Positions 1 to 12,700 of a DNA stretch of 64,000 bases are shown here, piece after piece. Position numbers and translations under genes: made by a program. The DNA lies in contig OX597839.1 in the NCBI GenBank assembly GCA_951406725.2, positions 21,824,001-21,888,000 on the forward strand. The letters run 5' to 3'. The notes below the pieces were generated by a model. The model was not told the origin of the DNA. It searched no databases and saw nothing but the letters and a program-made list of their open reading frames with translations. The stretch's first letter is position 1. Each line of letters begins with the position of its first letter. The stretch is from Octopus vulgaris (Eukaryota).

Positions 1-118
1 TACAAAAGGATGAAGCCACAATGGAATTTGAACCCAGAACATGAAGGTGGATGAAGTGTCGCTAAGCATTTTGCTCAGCATGCAAACGATTCTGCCAGCT
101 GGCCACCTTTAATAATAA

Positions 119-522
119 CTAGCAGCATAGCCCGGCGTTGCCCGGGTATGTAAGAGCCCCTAGTAGGCAACGACTAATCCCAATCTAGTTCTTTCCCTCT
201 AGGGAACGAAGGTGCATGTGTAGGTTGCAACGTCTTCTCTTCACTCGAATACTTCTATGTATACGATGTTCCTAGCTGTCTCCCGACAGAAAATGTGTTG
301 GATATAAAAAGCTTAGATTCTCGACCCCATGTCGAATTTATCGATTTTTTTCAGAACTGGGGGAGCTTTTCAAAATTTTCACTGCGTTAGTTTTGAATTA
401 TGACATTGGGCTATGTGTGTGTCAAGTTTCATCAGAATCGGTTGAAAGCCGTGGTCAGGGTGAGGGTACAACCTGGCAGACACACAGACAGACAAACTGC
501 CGTTTATATATAGAGATAGAGA
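119..522 (-). mobile_element. Non-autonomous Helitron
   Basis: 5' TC, 3' CTAG, subterminal hairpin CCCGGG-CAACG-CCGGG, A|T target, no TSD. Confidence 0.82.
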
Positions 523-654
523 TAATTCTTTCTACTATAGACACAAGGTCTGAAATTTTGGGGGAGGGGACTAGTCAATGACATTGACCCCAATGTTTCA
601 CTGGTACTTAATTTATCAACTCCAAAAGGATGAAAGGCAATATAATAATAATAA

Positions 655-685
<31 letters not shown>

Positions 686-733
686 AATAAAGATAACTGG
701 AAGTGGATTTATTTTGTTGTGAAATAAATATAA

Positions 734-3700
734 TTACTCAGCAGCAGATATTTCTGTTCTGGGAGCCGTCTTTGATAACAATGCTGACATTGATGTATAA
801 GAACCGTTGGAAGAATTTGGAGAGAAATTTCTGGAAGCTGGCTCAGCAAATCGAAGGGACTTGCTGGTCCTCTTAACTGATGTTGCAGTTGGTGTTAACA
901 ATAAAGAGTTGTTTGCAGCTGATTGAGAGGAACGCCCTGAATTTCGCAGACCAGGAGAATCTAAAAAAAAAAAAGAAAAAACAAATGGAAAATGTTGGTT
1001 GGCATCCCATGTGGAACCAGATTTATAGATGATGGACAATAAATACCTGAAGATATCTGAATTCAAATCCAACTTAGGTTTCAATTTTTTTTTAACCCCA
1101 CCATATTCAGAGGTTATTAACCATATCACACAATGTTCCCAGTATAGCAGGCAAAACTTAAATCTCTATTAAAATTCCCATTAACCATTTCAAGGGAACT
1201 TTTTTTCAAATCGGTAAGGGTGTGGGGTTTGTATGCATGTGAGCCTTTTGAACTGTCATTATAGTGTCATACACTCTGATCATACACCTGGCACTACATA
1301 CTTACCAGAAAAACCGGAGTGGTACTACACTGCATCACACAGAGAATGGGAATTTTAAAGATATGGTTTGTAAAATTTTTGATTGGTACAAATATGTATC
1401 AGCCAGGCAGAAAGGGCCAAAGCAGTAATGATCAACACACAAAGAAATCTATATATATATAAAACTGTAGTTGTGTGAGTGTCTGTCTCCTACGATCTAG
1501 ATTCCTAACTACTCCCACATTTTGCGGTGCAGTTTAACCAAATTCAGGTATCTTATAGTCGTGATTCATATCGAGCCCGTCTGGGTATTAGTGCGCATCT
1601 ACGATAAGTCTACGATTTAAAAAATAATTTAACATCATTTTTTTCCATTTTAACGTATATTTTTTCATGTGTCGATGGTGGCGGAGTTGGCGTCCATGGT
1701 CACAGCTGCACCTGTGTTGCTTCTCCCCCTTCTTCCCTCCCTCGTGAAGCTGTGGGGAAGGGAGTGTAAGGAAATCAACGTCGTAAAGCATTGGCAAGGA
1801 GACCAGCGTTCTTTTAGAACAACGACTTCATGGCTTGAAGTCGCCAAAATTACCATCATTTTTTATTCCATTTTGAATGCATTTTTTGGCTATAACTCAC
1901 TAAAAATGCTTATATAGTTATTTCCCTTACAAACCCGAGCGATACTGCTAGTAGAAGATAAAATACTATAGATAGACAGTTTTGTAGTCAAGTCTGTTTA
2001 TGACTTGTTAACCCTTTTGTTACCAACCTGGCTGAAACCGGCTCTGGCTCTGTTGTACAAATGTCTTGTTTTCTTAAGATTTCAATTAAAATCTTCCACC
2101 AAACCTTAGTCACAATTTATGTTCCCAATACAAGCTGAATGATAACTAAGTTATTTTACTAAATTCTTTGTTATATTTAAAGTAATTGAAAGAAACACAG
2201 AACATCTCAAACTAAATACAGTAACGAAAGGGTTAATGGTGAACCCCATAGTTGTAGCTCACTCATGTCTTTAATTGAAAAAGACAAAAAGCAAAAACGA
2301 TTTTGCAATGAAGCAAGCGTAATGAATCCAGCACTTTGGTCAATAAGCAAGGCCTACACTCTTCACAATTGAGGAAATTACTGATCATATTTATACTTTG
2401 CACAAAGAGTTTACCCATACGCAAACAATGAGTGATTCAGACGACCAAACATGAGGAAGAAAATAGCAATTTGGATGAGCAGAGACAAGCCTGTTCTTGT
2501 TATTCCTCCGAAACGTGTTTTGTGATTCTGTCCATTAGTTTGCCTGAAACTGTAACTCTTGAGTTTGGGTACCTCATCTCATGGTACCATCACTCACGTT
2601 CTGAGCACCCTAAGTGGGTAGACCGAGAGGGGAGGTAATGAGATCAGAAATGGATAGAGATGGGAGTGGGTGTAAGTGAAGGGAGTACACAACACCCTAA
2701 GGTTTGCGTACATTTGTTCAGATAATCTAAGAGGAAGTTGGGTAGGAGATAGAAAAAGAAAGGAAGACATCAAAAGGGCCACAATAAGGGGAGAGGGTGA
2801 AAGAAGTAAAATGATGATGATATCAAGTAACCTGGTAATCCAAAATTAAAGGTGTTCTGGACCATCCTGCCTCTTTCTTCAAGTACAGTATATCTAGGAG
2901 TACATTAATCAACGTGTCCTTTCTTTTCTCTTAAGTCAAAAAAGAGTAGTTAGAGGAGGACCTAGTTGCTATTTTTAGCATGTCACAAGACCACATTAGA
3001 GTTTCAAGGATTGAAGACATAACAGAAATGTGAGGTGGAACAAAAAAGAAGAAACTTACCTTTGTCCATCGACCTCGACATATTGAAGCTGGGTGACCTT
3101 GCAGACATTTGTCGCACTTTCAATATGGACTGTGGGGTCGGGCGAGGACTGGTCATTTTGGACTGCAGTGTACTCTTCCTCTGGATGACAGGGGTCTGAA
3201 GGACAGACAGGGCTTCAGCACTCACATATTTCGGTTTTCTACAATAAATGATACAGGAACATAACATACATACACATACACACATATAAATAAATACATA
3301 CACATTACATGGCACAATAAAAAGCATCATTTGAGCGTGGCCGTTGCCAGTACTGCCTGACTGGCCCCCGAGTGGTTGGCGTTAGGAAGGGCATCCAGCT
3401 GTCGAAACTCTGCCAGATAAGATTGGAGTCTGGTGCAGCCACCTGGTTCGCCAGACCTCAGTCAAATCGTCCAACCCATGCCAGCATGGAAAGCGGACGC
3501 TAAACGAAAGTGATGATACATATATGTATATATGTGGTGATTTGCTGTACTTGAGATGATGCATCAAGCCAAGTAGAATTGCCGTTATCCATACACTGGT
3601 GTATAATTGTTAAACCATCAGGCTTAACGAATGCACAATTATTCAATCAATGAAACTACCTCTTCATTGGATTACAATACGAGGGGCTGTGTATCTCATA

Positions 3701-6700
3701 GCCCCCCCCACACACACACACACACACAGTGTAGTTCTGAGGTGAGCTTAAACATTCAGCCACCCGGATGATCTCAGCCATCGGGTTAGGGAGGGCAATG
3801 GCAAACCAGCCCAAAATCTCTGCCAAGAAAATGCTATGATGAAGTGAGAATGAAGTAAAGCTATGGCTTCGTCTGGTGGGAGGACTGACACGTTATTGAG
3901 TTTTGCTGTTAGTTAGTTAGTTAGTTAGTTAGTTAATTTGGCTCAAAAGCAAATAGCAAGGCCATGTAGGGGGACATGGAGTTAAGTACAGGGTGGTGTT
4001 CATGTAAAGAGTTCAGGCCACTTGAGGTCAAGGGAGGCTTTGAACAAAGCGGTTGTCGGCATCTTCACCATCTCGTCTGGCAGCTTGTTCCACAGATCCG
4101 CAACCCGGACGGAGAAAGCTCCTCTCCTTCGATTGAGATGAAATCGTCGCAGGTAGAGCTTGCCTCAACAACACTGCAAAAAGTGTGATCAATGGCAACA
4201 ATGGTGCCTATCTACAGCCTGCTTCGCACACACAAACACGTGTTGTCACTTTGACATTTCAATAGCGGACATTTCCATAAACTGAGTCACCTTAAGAAAC
4301 ATTAATACATTTCAGCCAGTGACTTGCTAGAAATAGTAGCCAAATCTCCCGAGTCAAAACTAGCTAAAACAAGAATTTTAAAAAAGAGGTGGTGAGTGGT
4401 TAGCAGTTTCCTTCCAAGCCATGTGATTCTGGGTTCAGTCCCACTGAATGGCATCTAGAGTGTCTTCTACTATAGTCCTGAGTTGACCAAAGCCAGGTGA
4501 ATGAATTTGGTTGATGGGAACTGAAAGAAGTCCATTGTATGTATGTGTGTGTTGGTTTGTTTACATCCTTGTAGCTTAGTGGTTTGGCAAAAGAGACTTA
4601 TAGAATAAATACCAAACTTCAAAAAAAAAAAAGTCCTGGGGTTGATTTGTTTCCCTAAAATTCTTCATGGTGGTGCCCCAGCATGGCCACAGTCTGATGA
4701 CTGAAACAAGTAAAAGACAAAAGATATACATTCGATAATACAGTCCTAGATAGACTATGTCACAGCTGGAACATGTTTGATCATAGCTAAGTCTAGAGGA
4801 GCATTATTGACCAGGGGCTGAACAACAAAAATGGAAAGTGACCCCATCGAGCCTCAGACCTACCGTCTTGCAGGTTGTTCCAAGTAACCAAAATGTTCAT
4901 CTCGAGCCGAAGTATATTTCTGAGACAACAGAATACTTTTATGTTTGGACGCAGACTGTGAGGAAGTGGTGTCCTTCATCAGGCTTTTCTCTGAAGCGAA
5001 TCGGGAAAAATTTCTGAAAAAGAATTCATCAACATCATCATCATCATCATTGTTATAATGTTATTACTACTATTAATACTACCATCATCATTTAACGATT
5101 GTTTTCCATGCTGGCATGGGTTAGACAGTTTGATAGGGAGGTGGCAAGCCCAAGACCGACACCAGGCTCCAATTGCTTTGGTTTGGTTTCTACAGCTGGA
5201 TGCCCTTCCTAACACCAACCACTCTACAGAGTGCACTGGGTGCATTTTAAGTGGTAGCATCACCAGTGCCTTTTACATGGCACCAACTATTATCCTATCA
5301 ACACAAATGTTACCATCACCACAATCACCATGGTTATTGCAACCATTCTCCTCATATTTACGTGTGATTCATGAAAACGCTAATTGGTTATGGCTTTGAT
5401 TTGGATAAGGCAGCGAGTTGGCTGAAGCGTTAGCACGCTGAGGGAAATGCTTCGCGGTATTTCGTCTGCGTTACGTTGTGAGTTCAAATTCCGCCAAGGT
5501 CGACTTTGCCTTTCATCCTTTCAGGGTCGATAAATTAAGTACCAGTTACGCACTGGGGTCGATGTAATCGACTTAATACCTATGTCTGTCCTTGTTTGTC
5601 CCCTCTGTGTTTAGCCTCTTGTGGGTAGTAAAGAAATAGGTTATGGCTTTGATTACAAACTCCTCCATCATACTGTAAGATGTTTTAGACAGCCCCTACC
5701 CTCTACTAGAAATAGTAGCAAGTGTTTATAACAAAGTAATGACACATTGAATAATGTAGCTTTAGATATACCTATTTCTTTATTACCCACAAGGGGCTAA
5801 ACATAGAGGGGACAAACAAGGACAGACATAGGTATTAAGTCTATTACATCGACCCCAGTGCGTAACTGGTACTTAATTTATCGACCCCGAAAGGATGAAA
5901 GGCAAAGTCGACCTCGGCGGAATTTGAACTCACAACGTAACGGCAGACGAAATACCGCTAAGCATTTCGCCCGGCGTGCTAACGATTCTGCCAGCCCACA
6001 AAGAAGGCAGAGTGATCACAAGGGGAAAAAAAAACCCTATAATCACATGACTGTCTGACCAAGATTGATCCCAGGTCAACCGAGAAACAACAACAACAAA
6101 TGGACAATATAATAAATACTGTGGGGAGGGAAAACCCATAGAAGAGATGTAAACAAAATAAATCATGAAAAATAAACTGAATTATAGAAATTAGGAATAC
6201 ATACGGTAATGCAGTCTTTTGAGGTGTGAATGGTGCTGAAATAAAAGGTACAGCAATGTCCTGGAATGATTCTTCACCAAAAGACCTGCTGGAAAAAAGG
6301 AAAAAAAAAAAGATGGGAAAATTTCAAAATTTACAATGAAGTCAAAACTTAAAGTTTTGACTTCTGTAGAATTTTTGAAGCAAAAGGAATAAGGAATTAA
6401 GGGTACGAAAAGAGTATAGAGCTGGTGACCAAAAACTGTCTTAAGACACCAAAGCTGGGTGGTGCTGGAACAGAGAGATGTGAAGAATTTTACACTGAAC
6501 CAGCCAGGATCCCTGGTCTGGTGGTACGTAAAAAGCACTATCCGACTCGTGGCTGATGCCAGCGCCGCCTCGACTGGCTTCCGTGCCGGTGGCACGTAAA
6601 ATACACCAATCCGACTGTGGCCATTGCCAGCCTCGCCTGGCACCTGTGCAGGTGGCACGTAAAAAGCACCCACTACACTCACGGAGTGGTTGGCGTTAGG

Positions 6701-9700
6701 AAGGGCATCCAGCTGTAGAAACATTGCCAGATAAGACTGGAGCCTGGTGCAGCCTTCTGGCTTCCCAGATCCCCGGTCGAACCGTCCAACCCATGCTAGC
6801 ATGGAGAACGGACGTTAAACGATGATGATGATGAAATGTTCCAGTTGATTCAATCAGTAGAAAAGCCTGCTTATGATATTAACGTGCAAGTGGCTGAGTA
6901 CTCCACAGACATGCATACTCCCAGTAGCCCTCAGAGAGATTCAGCATGACACAGAATGTGACATGGCCAGCCCTTTTTGAATTACTGGTACTACTCATTT
7001 TTGCTAGCTGAGTGGAGTGGAGCAATGTAAAATAAAGTGCCTTGCTCAAGAGGACAATGCGCTGCTGGGAATTGAACTTGCAACCATACAATCACGAGCT
7101 GAATGCTCTAACCACTAAGCCACGTGCCTTCACTGGAAAGAATTTCAATGGCAGAGCAGACAGCCTAACCACAGCCATAACCCAGAAAACAATCATTTTA
7201 TTAACATCTTATACAATTGCACATTCAATTCCTGGTGGTGCATTGGATCCTATTAGCATCAGTGCTAAGTTGAAAAGAACTCCTACAGCCACACACATAC
7301 ATACAAATGCATATAGGTATATATCTATCAGAACAAAAGCATAAACAAGTCAGTTTACAATGCACACACACACACACAAACTCTTGTTAAACTGTGAAAG
7401 TGTTCAGAGAGACAAACAAAGGAGTTGAGCCATGTTGTGTGGATAGAGATGTAAAAAACAAAAAGATGTTAAGAGGGAACAATCACCTGTCATTAGCAGA
7501 GTTGTTTAATCGCTCAACTTCGTCCATCTTCTCCATTATTGCCAAGATCAGGGTTGACTGCGACATTACCCTAGGACCAGTGGACTTGGTCACTACTGTG
7601 GACAGAGGTTTCGGACGCGTCACTGAGTAAAACAAGCAAATAAAACAACATCAAAAGTCTAGTATTAGACGCATCTTCATACATTATAAATACGAGAAGA
7701 AACAGCAGACACACATTAACCCTTTTGTTACCATATTTCTGTTGAGATGCTTTGTGTTTCTTTCAATTATTTTAAATATAACAAAGAATTTAGTAAAATA
7801 ACTTAGTTATCATTCAGCTAGTGTTAGGAGCATAAATTGTGACTAAGGTTTCGTGGAAGATTCTAATTCAAAACTTATGAAAACAAGACATTTTACCACA
7901 GAGCCAGAGCCGGTTTCAGCCGGGTTAGTATCAAAAGGGTTAACTCCATTGTGCTGTGTTGCTGGCAGAGCAGGAACAGCCTAAACATAATCTCAACCGG
8001 ATTCCTGTTAAAGAAGAGCTGAATAACATGCATCGAAAAAAAGAAGATCCGATATTAAAAATGGACAACTGAGCCACATTGCAGCTTTGTAGTGAAGAGT
8101 GTAAGTCTGCCATGGTTGTTGCTGTTACTTACTTATGTTTTTAATTGTAAGAAAAAAACAAAATGATTTTGTAATGAAACGAACCCAGCACTTCATGTGG
8201 TAAACGAGAAAGGCCTAGACTCTTTACAGTTGAGGAAATTATTGATGACTAGCAGTATCGCCCGGCGTTGCTCGGGTTTGTAAGGGAAATAACTATAAAG
8301 CATTTTTAGAGAGTTATAACCAAAAAATAGCAAAAAAAATTATGGTAAATTTTTTTGAGAGTTAAAAAGGTCGAGTTGCGCCCCCTAGACAGTCTGTGGT
8401 TTGTGTTTCTGATTCTTGATCCCATGTCGAATTTATCGATTTTTTTCAGAACTAGGGGAACTTTTCAAAAATTTTCGCTGCGTTAGTTTTGAATTATGAC
8501 ATTGGGCTATGTGTGTGTCAAGTTTCATCAGAATAGGTTGAAAGCCGTGGTCAGGGTGAGGGTACAACCTGACAGGCACACAGACAAACTGCCGTTTATA
8601 TAGAGCGAGAAGAGATATTTATACCTTGCACAAAGAGTTTACCCTTACACACACAATGAGAGTGACTTGGAGAGTCAAACTGGTGAAAGTCAACCATATT
8701 TGTTCACAATTCAGGTGAACAAACATGGTAAGTTGAAAGAAAGGTCAATTGTTGTTGTTATTCTCCTGAATTTTTGTGACTGTTCATTAGTTTGCCTGAA
8801 ACTGTAACTATTGAGCTGTATATGAAACTGATTTTGTGGTCAGGAGCCCTAGTGGAGAGTAAAGTTAGACAGAGGGGCCCAGCTCTGAGAGGGTTAAACC
8901 TGTTCCTGGTTATTAAATTTCATTCGCCCATCCACACAGTTTAAAAGTTCACCAGCAAAAACCATACATTACAAGAAACACCTGATACCCATCGAAACTG
9001 CTCGACATAAATCAAATCTCCCCATGACCACCACCACTGTTTTGAGGCATTCCAACTCATAAGGGCCAATTTCTTGGTTCATGGTGTATAAATTCTGCAC
9101 TTGGATGGGACACAAGTTCCTCACAGGGTTACTCATTTTTGCCAGCAGAGTGGATTGGAGCGACGTGAAATGAAGTGTTTTGCTCAAGGAGACAACACGG
9201 CAACCACTCCAGGAATTGAAACCACTCTCTTACAATGAGCCCAAACCACTAAACCACGTGCCTCCACACCACCACTGTTTACATCACATCAAAACAGGGT
9301 GTGGTTACTATTCACACACAGCAACAGGGTTTGGACAAGAAGTATTTTCTATGAGGATTAGTTTCACAGGATTTTTTTCTTTGTGTCATCTTTAACTCAT
9401 TTGCATAAATCAATGATGATGATGATAAGGTCACAACTTGCAACTTTGGCTCAACAACTGCCCCGCTCATCCACCCTTACAAACACTACAAAATGTAACC
9501 CACAGACCACAGCAGAGTGGATTCCGGCAGAATGTCATCACCAACATTTAACATCCATTTTCCAACTGGCATGGATTGAATGGCTTTTGACAGGAGCTGG
9601 TAAGGCCAGGGGTCACATCAGGCTCCCTTGTCTGTTTGGTTTCTCGGTTTCTAAGGCTGGATGCCCTTCCTAACACCAACCACTTTACAAAGTGCTCCAC

Positions 9701-12700
9701 TGGCTACCTTTTTATGTAGCATCAGTTTTACTAAAAATTAATTGTTTAAATTTTAAAAAATTCATTGATTGAATTCTTTAATTAAAACCTAATTTCCTTG
9801 ACAGAAGGTAACTCCTTTCATGACCATCACCAAAAAACAAGTCAACTAGGGTTGCTTTAGTCAATTTAAATGGAGATTTTATTGAAGTCTAAAGTAACAC
9901 ATTTTTAACTATGGTGCCTTATGGGTGTCAATGATTGAGCCATAACAAAGCTGCACCCAACACCCCTTCATATTGATTTCTTAACTACCCACAAGGGGCT
10001 AAACACAGAGGGGACAAACAAGGACAGACAAAGGGATTAAGTCGATTACATCGACCCCAGTACGCAACTGGTACTTAATTTATCGACCCTGAAAGGATGA
10101 AAGGCAAAGTCGACCTCGGTGGAATTTGAACTCGGAACGTAACAACAGACGAAATACGGCTACGCATTTCGCCCGGCGTGCTAACGTTTCTGCCAGCTCA
10201 CCGCCTTATATTAACACCCCTTCATATTAATGTGTGGAGGGAGAGAGTGAGACACACACACACACAGGGTGAGAGAAGAGAGAGAGAGAGGTAAAGAGAG
10301 TGAAAGCAACTCACAACATCAAAGAGGAAATATGACAAGATAGAGATTGAAAACTAAAGTCTCCTCACCACGATTGATTCTCTTCTTTGGTATTAAGTTC
10401 GATTCATGAAGATACTGGCGCTGGATCTCTGGCAGCAGCTTCAGGCAATTTCTAACAATAATGTTACGAGTTGATGTCATATTTTTCTCCCTTTCTGATA
10501 ATGATGACTGCACAAAGAGAGACGAGAGACGTGCATGAAATATCAGAGGATGGGAAAATGCTCAACCGAGTTTCAAATCAAAGTAAATATTTATCAAGAT
10601 TGGGGCATAAGAGTGACTTCAGATTTAATTAAATAAAAATATAAAATAAAATGAACTTTCAAAAAACAACAGAAAAACTGGGGAAGTTTTAGAAAGGATG
10701 AAAACAATAAAATCACATCCAGGGAGCCTTTTTTTTTTTTTTTTTGTTTTGATCTTCAGCTCCAGTAAAAGCAATTTTACATTAATCTAAAGGATCCCGC
10801 CATGCTTTCACAAGAAATTGACAGGGACTTCAAAGTTTCAGCCAGTATTTTTTACTTTGTCTTATTGTGTGTGTGTGTGTGTGAGAAGAAAAATTAAATG
10901 GAGATTGGGAAGTTAATAATAAACGATGCCAGTGCCGCCTCGACTGGCCCCCGTGCCGGTGGCACGTAAAATACACCAATCCGACCGTGGCCGTTGCCAG
11001 CCTCGCCTGGCACCTGTGCAGGTGGCACGTAAAAAGCACCCACTACACTCACGGAGTGGTTGGCGTTAGGAAGGGCATCCAGCCGTAGAAACACTGCCAG
11101 ATCAGACTGGAGCCTGGTGCAGCCTCCTGGCTTCCCAGATCCCCGGTCGAACCGTCCAACCCATGCTAGCATGGAGAACGGACGTTAAACGATGATTATT
11201 TTATTATTATTTATTAACTTTCCAATCTCCATTTTCTTTTTCTTCTTTTATATGAATATAAACTATATGTTTATATATATATATATATATACCTATTATT
11301 TTAAGGAAATTATTTCCCCCCAAAAGTACTAGGTATTGAACCAGTATTTCTTTGGATGGAATCATCTCTTCATGAAGTTAACACAATCTCTAATCGAATT
11401 TAATATATAATATACACACACACATGCAGATCAGGTCAGGTGCACGCATCGTTGCAGCGTGTTTCTGCATTTACCATTTATCAGTATATTCCTGGGTCCT
11501 CTTAGGTGACCTGTCCAGCAAAGTCCAACTCAGTCCCCGTCTCTATGAGATACTTCCTCATCTGCAGTGACCATGAGCCATGTGGTCAACCAACACAAGC
11601 CATCGACCCTGTCGAATCCTCAGTGAAGAGGACACAGTAAATAGAGTCTGACTTGGAAAATTGACCAACATGGCCAAACTGTCTGAGCTGGGGCTCCCAA
11701 ATCAGACAAGTAATAGGACACAGCCCAGTTTGTGAGCTGAGTTGTTGGTTGGATATGTAATCCAGTCAATGATAATCCATAATCTTGTAAAGTATCCTAG
11801 TAACAAAACTTGTTCAGGTGGTTCCTAAAGGCCCCAGAGGGTCCATGTCTCACAGATATGGAACAGGACAAGAAGGGACAGACACAAACAAACAAACAAA
11901 TATACATACCATGTCTTTGGATTTCAATTTCTCATTGAGTCTTATAGCATCAACATAGCGGGCCCGTTGCAGATAATACACAACTAACGCCTCTTTGGAA
12001 TTTAACTCTGGACTAGCCATCAGGTAGTTCTCCAACCACTTCTCTTCAGCCTCGGTCAGTGGCAGCTTCATTAGTTGACCCAAGATTTTCCCTGAGAATA
12101 AAGAATAATAAACTAGTATCAACTCAGTCAATCCCACCCCCACAAGAAGTGTCAGTCTTTAACCAGAACAGGGTTCCAATCAATCAACAAAGCCTGTTGT
12201 TAACTGCTCAGAGAGAAGATTAAAGCGATCATCTCCTGATCAACATCGCTTAGATGATATCAGGTCATTTAATTCTCATCATCATTGCAACACCTCACCA
12301 AGCCCCACCCCAACCTCATTTGCCAGGAATCGAAGTAATTCAACCCTTTAGCATTCAGACTACTCAGTCAAATGTAATCCCTATTTACTCACATTGTTTT
12401 TAATTAACCATGGATTATCTCACAGCTTTGAGATTTCAATGGTGATTGTTTATCTTTAGAATGACATAGTAGGGTAGGTGCAAGAGGCCAGATCTGGGCA
12501 GTTTGAACATAAAACAGGAAGAATATTTGGGCCAGACACAGCTAGCATAAATGCTGAAGGATTAAACTTGCTTCACAGCTCCCAACCCATTTGCATCCCT
12601 TTATGAAAGAAGCAATCCTCACTGGATAAGAAATTAAATAGTGATATCAAATGCTTGATTTCATGAATTCTACCCCTCAACTGTGAATGACAACTAAGGC

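Noticed and set aside
6191-6802. Recurrent ORFs such as MLAWVGRF..., [13 protein letters not shown]... and [12 protein letters not shown]...
   Set aside because: Translations of SINE and retroposon copies, not a gene family
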